Shown here: positions 33,671 through 40,933 of the stretch, in pieces
How the letters are laid out: each line of letters begins with the position of its first letter
How positions within the stretch are numbered: the first letter of the stretch is position 1
Source of the DNA: Folioceros fuciformis
Lineage: Eukaryota
Length of the DNA: 40,933 bases
NCBI GenBank assembly: GCA_049999805.1
Contig: JBNGIO010005439.1
Span: forward strand, 62,001-102,933
Direction: 5' to 3'
Made by a program: the position numbers and the translations under genes
The notes under the pieces: generated by a model
What the model was told of the DNA's origin: nothing
Database searches by the model: none
Seen by the model: only the letters and a program-made list of their open reading frames with translations

Positions 33671-34411
33671 TTATCCTATCCTGGTCAGGCCTTCATTGAA
33701 TGCCTTCACCTGCCCACTAGCATGGCGAACACAAGCACAGCGGAGCCTGGAGGGCCATATCAGTTCGAGTAGATAGCTGGAGTCGGAAACTATGTGCGTT
33801 CGAACACCCTAAACCCTCTCCAACTCTCTACTCATAGAATCCATACGCGTTTCACCAACCCCTGCCACCCCTCGATCAGGGCCTTCTGCCTGTCAACAAG
33901 CTCCGACTTCGCCTGCAGCTCCGCTTCTAGGGCTGCAATTTCCTGTCATGTCAGCCGTAACACCACGCAATTACTGCAAGGCAGAGTAGCAGAGCCAAGT
34001 CAAGCAAGCTGGCCCGCATGGCTGATGGACTAATCACCACCATGCACACCTTAGTCAAAAGACCCTCCCGCGACGGAGGGTGCTGATATTGCACACCGAT
34101 GAGCAGCAATTGCAGCTTCTTGGCCGTCTCGATAAACTCCCTGACGTACTTTTCTACATTCGCTGAAACTTGCAGCAGCCTCGCAGTCAGACAAGGCAAG
34201 GCAAGGCACATGAGCATAGCTCTGCTCACAGCAGATGCAAGCAGGAAGAGCGCACATGTACCGTACCTGGGTGCGAAAGCGTGTAACTACGATCAGCCGC
34301 CTGGAGCTCCTTGGCCGGAAGACACGGCAGCAGGTTCCTGTCCATTGCCGCCACCAAGTTCAGCATCTCGGCTTCCGGTGCACAGGGCGATTGCTGTTGT
34401 GATGATGCCAT
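33671..34411 (-). CDS. MED28: Mediator complex subunit 28
   Basis: Exon 34411-34267 gives LVAAMDRNLLPCLPAKELQAADRS and exon 34162-34050 gives NVEKYVREFIETAKKLQLLLIG. A third exon gives EIAALEAELQAKSELVDRQKALI, matching plant MED28 (LLPCLPARELQA; FMEAAKKLQ). The last exon (VKAFNEGLTRIG*) is tentative; an alternative stop lies at 33832. Confidence 0.88.
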
Positions 34412-34882
34412 GCCGCTCCGCAGGTGCTGCACCGTGGAAGCTCAAGCGCATCCCGTGTCACAGTCACAGTCGTGACACTCGGGTCCAGGGTGTATCCCCA
34501 CTCTAAACTGTCCCCGTAGGTGTTGGGAGACAGTTGCTGTCAAAATCACACCCATTACAGTATTAGTTACACTTGCAATGATCCTGATGAGGAAACAAAG
34601 GCCATCCATGGTTCTCCTTCCGTTTCATGTCAAGGAGAAGACGTCGTGGAAACTCCAGATAGACAGGATGGGGTGAGATAGCTGGCTAGCTAGCTAGCCA
34701 TCTCGCACATAGGAGCATGCAAGTTTGGATACATGTACATACCACGAAAGTGGAGCTGAGGTGATTTGGGACGAAGTGAAGTCCCTGTTTGAGTGGTGCT
34801 AATATGTATGGAATGTGTAGAGTGAAGCAACTCTACGAGCGAGCTTGGGCTCATACACACCTTCGTGGTGTTGGAGACGGAG

Positions 34883-37800
34883 ATGGCTGGTGGACCCTCC
34901 AAATCAAACTGGAGTTTGCGGGATGATCCTGAGACTTGCAGGCCAGAAGGACATGTAGCTGGCGTTACGACTCAAACCGTCGTGACGTTATGTCGTAATG
35001 GGTATCTCGCAGAGGCAGTTGAGGCTTTGGGAGTTCTGGTAGTGACACAGTGTTTTGTTTCCACATCTCTCTTATATGCTGTTCTCAACACATGTGCAGC
35101 AGGGAAGGATCTTGTTCTGGGTCGTCGCGTCCATGCATTCACGGTAAAGTTGGGGTACCAGTCGAACACGTTCCTGTGCAACCTCATTCTGCGTATGTAT
35201 GCCTCTCATGGCAGGTTGCAGGACGCGATGGACGTGTTCACTATGGTGCCCGAGCCAGATGCTTTCATGTGGTCTTCCATAATTTCTTCGCATGTCAAAC
35301 TGGGACTAGACAAGCAGGCCTTACAGCTGTATGAAAGGATGCGAACGACCAACGTGAGGCCAGATGGCCATGTGTTTGTGGCAGCCCTCCAGGCTTGTGC
35401 AAAGGGAGGAGACTTGCGAACTGGGCGGTGGCTGCATGCCCATTTGTCGTCCAGTGGGCTTGAGTGTGATTTGTTTGTCTGTAACTGCTTGGTGGACATG
35501 TATGCCAAGTGTGACAGCTTGGCGGACGCTCGAAAGGTGTTTGACGGACTCAGTCACAAGGATGTCGTGACGTGGACTGCCATGATAGGAGGATATTCCC
35601 GGAAGGGCATGGGCAAGGAGGCCCTTTGTTTGTACAGTGTTATGCAAGAAGAAGGCTCTGCTGTACCCAATTCTGTGACTTATGTTTGCCTCTTGCAGGC
35701 ATGTGCAAGTGTGGGTGTTTCAGCTTTGAATGACGGGAAGCAGCTTCATGCTCAAATTAGAGAACGAGGATGCCAAGGTGATGTGTCCGTAGGCAACAGT
35801 TTGGTGAACATGTATGCAAAGTGTGGCAGCTTAGCGGATGCTCAAACAGTGTTTGACACACTGGGTCAGAAAGATACGGTGACTTGGAATGCCATGCTGG
35901 CAGGATATTCCCAGCAGGGCCTGGGCCACGAAGCCCTTCGCCTTCATGTTGCAATGCAGAACGAGGGCATCGTTGTACCCGATTCAGTGACATTTGTGTG
36001 CCTGCTGCAGGCATGTGCAAGTGTGGGCACCGAGGCGTTGGAGAAAGGGAGGCAGCTGTATGAGCAAATTATAGAACAAGGACATGAAACGGACGTGAAA
36101 ATAGCCAACAGTTTGGTAAACATGTATGCAAAGTGTGGTAGCTTGGATGACGCTCAGACAGTATTTGATAGTCTTGCTCAAAGAGATGTAGTGACATGGA
36201 CTGCTCTAATTGCAGGATATTCGCAGCAGGGCATGGGCCAGGAAGCCCTGCGGGTGTACACTGCTATGCACAACGAAGGTATCCTTGTACCCAACTCTGT
36301 GACATTTGTGTGCCTCCTCCAGGCCTGTGCAAGCGTGGGTGGCGGGGCATTGGAGAAGGGGAAGCAGCTTGAAATGCAATTGAGAGAACGAGGATACCAG
36401 GATGATGTGTTTGTTGCCAACAGTTTGGTAAACATGTATGCAAAGTGTGGCAGCTTGGAAGATGCTATGAGAGTGTTCGATGGACTTCGCCAGAAAGATG
36501 TGGTGACATGGAATGCCATGATAGCTGGATATTCCCAGCAGGGCATGGGGCTGGAAGCGCTTCGCCTGTACAGTGTGATGGAAGAAGAAGGTACTGTCGC
36601 ACCCAACGCTGTGACATTCGTGTGCCTGCTGCAGGTGTGTGCAAGTATGGGCATACCAGCTCTGGAGAAAGGAAAGCTGCTTCATGCACAAATTTGCGAA
36701 CAAGGGCATCAAGCTGGTGGGTTTCTAGGCGGCAGTTTGGTAAACATGTATGCAAAGTGTGGCAGCCTAGAGGATGCTCAGAACGTGTTTCAAGGACTTA
36801 GTCAAAAGGATGTGGTTACGTGGAATGCCTTGATAACAGGGTATGCCCTGCAGAGTATGGGCCAGGAAGCCCTTCGTCTCTACAGTGCTATGCAAGACGA
36901 GGGCATTACTGTACCTGATTCAGTGACTTTTGTGTGCGTGCTGCAGGCATGTGCAAGTATTGGTACTTCTGCTTTAGCCAAGGGGAAGCTGCTCCATACA
37001 CAAATTAGCGAACAAGGACACCAAGCTGATGTGGCTGTAGCAAACAGTTTGGTAAACATGTATGCAAAGTGCGGAAGCGTGGAAGATGCTGAAAGAGTGT
37101 TTGACGGAGTTGTTTCAAAAGATGTGGTGACATGGAATGCCATGATAGCTTTGTATTCCCAAAGAGGGCTGGGGGAGGAAGCCCTTCGTCTGTACACTGA
37201 CATGCGACAAGATGCCGTGGTTGCGCCTGATTCCGTGACATTTGCGCGCCTCTTGCAGGCATGTTCAAGTGTGGGCACCTCAGCTTTGGAGCAAGGGAAG
37301 CAGCTTCATGCCCAGATTAGAGAACGAGGACGTGAAGGTGATCCGTTTGTATCCAGCAGCTTGGTGAGCATGTATGCCAAGTGTGGCAGCTTTGAAGATG
37401 CACAGAGGGTGTTTGACGGACTTGGTTTTAAAGATGTGGCGACCTGGAACGCCATGATGGCGGGATTCATCCTCCAGGGCTTGGGGCAGGAAGCCATTCA
37501 TCTCTTCAGTGTGATGCAAGCAGATGGCAGTGCCCAACCGGACTGTGCGACATTTGTGTCTTTATTGCAGGCCTGTGCAAGTATTGGCATCCCTGCTTTG
37601 GAGAAAGGAAAGGAGCTCCATGTTCATATCAGAGAACGAGGACATGATGAAGATGTTGTTGTAGCAAACAGCTTGGTAAACATGTATGCGAAGTGTGGCA
37701 GTCTGGAGGATGCTCAACTAGTGTTTGACCGACTTGGTCGCAAAGATGTGGTGACGTGGAATACCATGATAGCAGGGTATTCACACAAGGGAATGGGTCA

Positions 37801-38671
37801 GGTGGTCCTAAATCTTTACAGAGACATGCAAGCAGATGGCATGGCTGTACCTGATTCCGTGACCTTCGTGTGCCTCCTGCAAGCGTGTGGAAATTTGGCA
37901 GCCTTGCATCTGGGAAGGCAGCTACATTCAGAAATAGAAAACCAAGGTCTTCACGCTGATGCGTTTGTAGCCAGCAGTTTGATGAACATGTATGGAAAGT
38001 GCGGGAGCATGGTTGATGCACAGGAGGTGTTTGATGCCTTGGCAAAACGAGATGTTGTGGCCTGGAGCGCACTGGTTGCAGGCTACACCCGCCAAGGAGA
38101 TAGTGAGGCAGTATGCGACTTGGTCCAGAGAATGCTGGAGGATGGGATACAGCCGGACGCCGTCACATTCCTCAGTGTGCTCACGGTATGCAGTCATGCA
38201 GGTCTAGTGAATAAGGGGGAAGAGTACTTTGAGGCTATGAGCAAACAGTTTGGTATCACTCCCACAGTGGAGCATTACACATGCATGGTGGATCTCCTGG
38301 GTCGTGCAGGCCAATTGGATGAGGCACTTTGTTTGGCAAGGTCAATTCCTGCACTGCCTGGTGCAGCCGTTTGGCATACTCTCTTGGGTTCTTGTCAAAA
38401 GTGGAGTAATGTGGAGGTGGGATGTCATGCTTTCAATGAAGCAGTAAAGCTAGATGCGAAAGATGCAGCAGCTTACCTACTGATGTCAAACATATACAGC
38501 AGTGCCCAGATGTGGGAGCAGGCTGAGGAGATGCAGACGAGGAGGAAAAGGATCAGTGCATGGAAGCGGCCAGGTCAGAGCTGGTGGACAGACATGGCTG
38601 GAGTGGTGCACGCTTTTGCTGTTAGGGACAAAACAGGCATCCCAAGAGTCGAGCAAGGTTGTGAAATATAA
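34883..38671 (+). CDS. PLS-class PPR protein 6 (E+ type, 7 P-LL-S units, no DYW)
   Basis: ORF 34865-38671 with first ATG at 34883. The MYAKCG motif recurs every 312 bp (35807, 36119, 36431...). Ends KRPGQSWWTDMAGVVHAFAVRDK... Confidence 0.95.
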   Translation: MAGGPSKSNWSLRDDPETCRPEGHVAGVTTQTVVTLCRNGYLAEAVEALGVLVVTQCFVSTSLLYAVLNTCAAGKDLVLGRRVHAFTVKLGYQSNTFLCNLILRMYASHGRLQDAMDVFTMVPEPDAFMWSSIISSHVKLGLDKQALQLYERMRTTNVRPDGHVFVAALQACAKGGDLRTGRWLHAHLSSSGLECDLFVCNCLVDMYAKCDSLADARKVFDGLSHKDVVTWTAMIGGYSRKGMGKEALCLYSVMQEEGSAVPNSVTYVCLLQACASVGVSALNDGKQLHAQIRERGCQGDVSVGNSLVNMYAKCGSLADAQTVFDTLGQKDTVTWNAMLAGYSQQGLGHEALRLHVAMQNEGIVVPDSVTFVCLLQACASVGTEALEKGRQLYEQIIEQGHETDVKIANSLVNMYAKCGSLDDAQTVFDSLAQRDVVTWTALIAGYSQQGMGQEALRVYTAMHNEGILVPNSVTFVCLLQACASVGGGALEKGKQLEMQLRERGYQDDVFVANSLVNMYAKCGSLEDAMRVFDGLRQKDVVTWNAMIAGYSQQGMGLEALRLYSVMEEEGTVAPNAVTFVCLLQVCASMGIPALEKGKLLHAQICEQGHQAGGFLGGSLVNMYAKCGSLEDAQNVFQGLSQKDVVTWNALITGYALQSMGQEALRLYSAMQDEGITVPDSVTFVCVLQACASIGTSALAKGKLLHTQISEQGHQADVAVANSLVNMYAKCGSVEDAERVFDGVVSKDVVTWNAMIALYSQRGLGEEALRLYTDMRQDAVVAPDSVTFARLLQACSSVGTSALEQGKQLHAQIRERGREGDPFVSSSLVSMYAKCGSFEDAQRVFDGLGFKDVATWNAMMAGFILQGLGQEAIHLFSVMQADGSAQPDCATFVSLLQACASIGIPALEKGKELHVHIRERGHDEDVVVANSLVNMYAKCGSLEDAQLVFDRLGRKDVVTWNTMIAGYSHKGMGQVVLNLYRDMQADGMAVPDSVTFVCLLQACGNLAALHLGRQLHSEIENQGLHADAFVASSLMNMYGKCGSMVDAQEVFDALAKRDVVAWSALVAGYTRQGDSEAVCDLVQRMLEDGIQPDAVTFLSVLTVCSHAGLVNKGEEYFEAMSKQFGITPTVEHYTCMVDLLGRAGQLDEALCLARSIPALPGAAVWHTLLGSCQKWSNVEVGCHAFNEAVKLDAKDAAAYLLMSNIYSSAQMWEQAEEMQTRRKRISAWKRPGQSWWTDMAGVVHAFAVRDKTGIPRVEQGCEI

Positions 38672-39947
38672 AAGGACCGGAACCTGATCCTCATAGAGGA
38701 CGGGCACAGGGAGGTGGTTGCCGGATCTCCGAGAGGACTCAGAATCATGGCTACAATGTTAATTCTCTGTGCAGCACGTGATCTCAACAACGTGTCTGTG
38801 TAAGAGCAAGGAGAGCAAGCCCTGGTGATGTAACGTGTGTGAGGTCTCGCCGTCGTCGTCACGTCTAAGAAATACAGTCGAGGGAGTGATTCCTATCTCG
38901 TTCGTCAGCTAGGAAATGGTATTCTTCGGTTCTACGGTTTGGCCGTAACCTGTCCCCTGCCTGGCACGGCAGTGTTGACCAAGTTGGTGTACAGTTTGAG
39001 TGCGCAATTTAGAAAGCCTTGGCAGCATCCACTCCTAGCCTGCATCCTGTCTGTTGCCGAGGATTCAGCTGATCAGCCCGGTGCCAGCTGTTGGGGACTT
39101 TATGCGCTCGTGTGTGGCAGAGGGGGAACTTTTTGTCCAAGGGTTTGCCTCAACCGAAGAACACGGGTGCTCGTGAGTGAATTGGACGTGCAGACCCGGA
39201 GAGCCGTCAGTGCACGCGGATCGTACCCCGTGGTTGGCCAAGCTAACCATAATCTCCAGTCCAACACATGCAGCTGTAGCTGTTCCCTCGAGGATGCTCA
39301 CCACGCGGCTTCCAAAAAGCATGGAATGTATAGAACATGTGCAGGTGGTCGCCCCACGAGACCACGAGAGGGCGAGGAGGGGAACAGATTCTGCTGGACA
39401 GCTTTGCCAGGAAGGGCACTGGTAAGGGTAGCCTTGAAGAGACTGATGTCAGCATATGCAGTGGGCAGGTAGCTCATTCCTGATAGCGGGAGTTTGAATG
39501 GTGGTTTTTTTAATTCCATCCGACCATATTCGTGACGTCCATCTGCAGGCACCTGTGCACATCACAATGGCCAAGGTTCGTCACCTTTTAGCCCCCCGGT
39601 TGTCACGAAGCTTACCTTTCTTCAGAGACACTGCAGGCCCGTTTATCCTCCTAGTATACAAAACTTTCCTCGTCTACCCCAATCCAGACGACCGTTGAAG
39701 ACTGCGTTCTTTGACGACGCAATGTCTCCGTCACGCGATTCAAGCTTGCCCCAAACCAGATGACAGTAGTACGGTTCGTGAACGAATGTTCGGCGTCCAT
39801 GTGCCGTTCCGCAGAGATTCCGACGGTCGTTTCAGGTAATTGGTTTGTGGATTAGCTCGGTTTTCTGAATGAACCGTAATGTACAGTGGCGAAAGTTAGT
39901 CAGGGCGCGGTGCCCGAAGCTAGCAAACCAGTCTACAGCGGCAGTTA

Positions 39948-40933
<986 letters not shown>

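Noticed and set aside
36279-36286. GTATCCTT, the U12-type 5' splice consensus, inside PPR6
   Set aside because: It lies in an uninterrupted, correctly spaced repeat (GIL codons); no intron is needed.
5037-38671. Many 60-260 aa antisense or alternate-frame ORFs recurring within the PPR genes
   Set aside because: They are shadows of the repetitive PPR codon pattern and have no independent domain signal.
38672-38940. Search for DYW remnants downstream of the PPR stops
   Set aside because: By eye I found no HSE/CxxC/DYW-like motif after any of the six genes.
38939-39472. 177-aa ORF with a faint SLEDAH PPR-like patch
   Set aside because: Too degenerate to call as a gene or a PPR relic without alignment; non-ATG start.

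Overview
Gene-dense nuclear region of a non-seed land plant, most likely a hornwort (Anthoceros-like). This is inferred from short introns, tiny intergenic gaps and PLS-class PPR proteins with 37-aa long L motifs and a 'PGxSWW' box. The window is dominated by six intronless PLS-class PPR genes (1095-1473 aa ORFs) in strictly alternating orientation (-,+,-,+,-,+). Each is built from near-identical 312-bp P-LL-S units, and each ends in E1-E2-PG box with no DYW deaminase. Several decayed PPR relics lie between them. Other genes: the 5' part of a futsch-like/'YWxxQIxxAE' protein, an intronless Myb/SANT-like ORF, chloroplast DnaJ (ATJ8/DJC22-like), a U6atac minor-spliceosome snRNA, a motif-degenerate 4CL-like acyl-activating enzyme, MED28 and the 3' part of a group IIb WRKY. 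An AT-rich island with two tandem-repeat blocks sits at about 26.7-28.1 kb.
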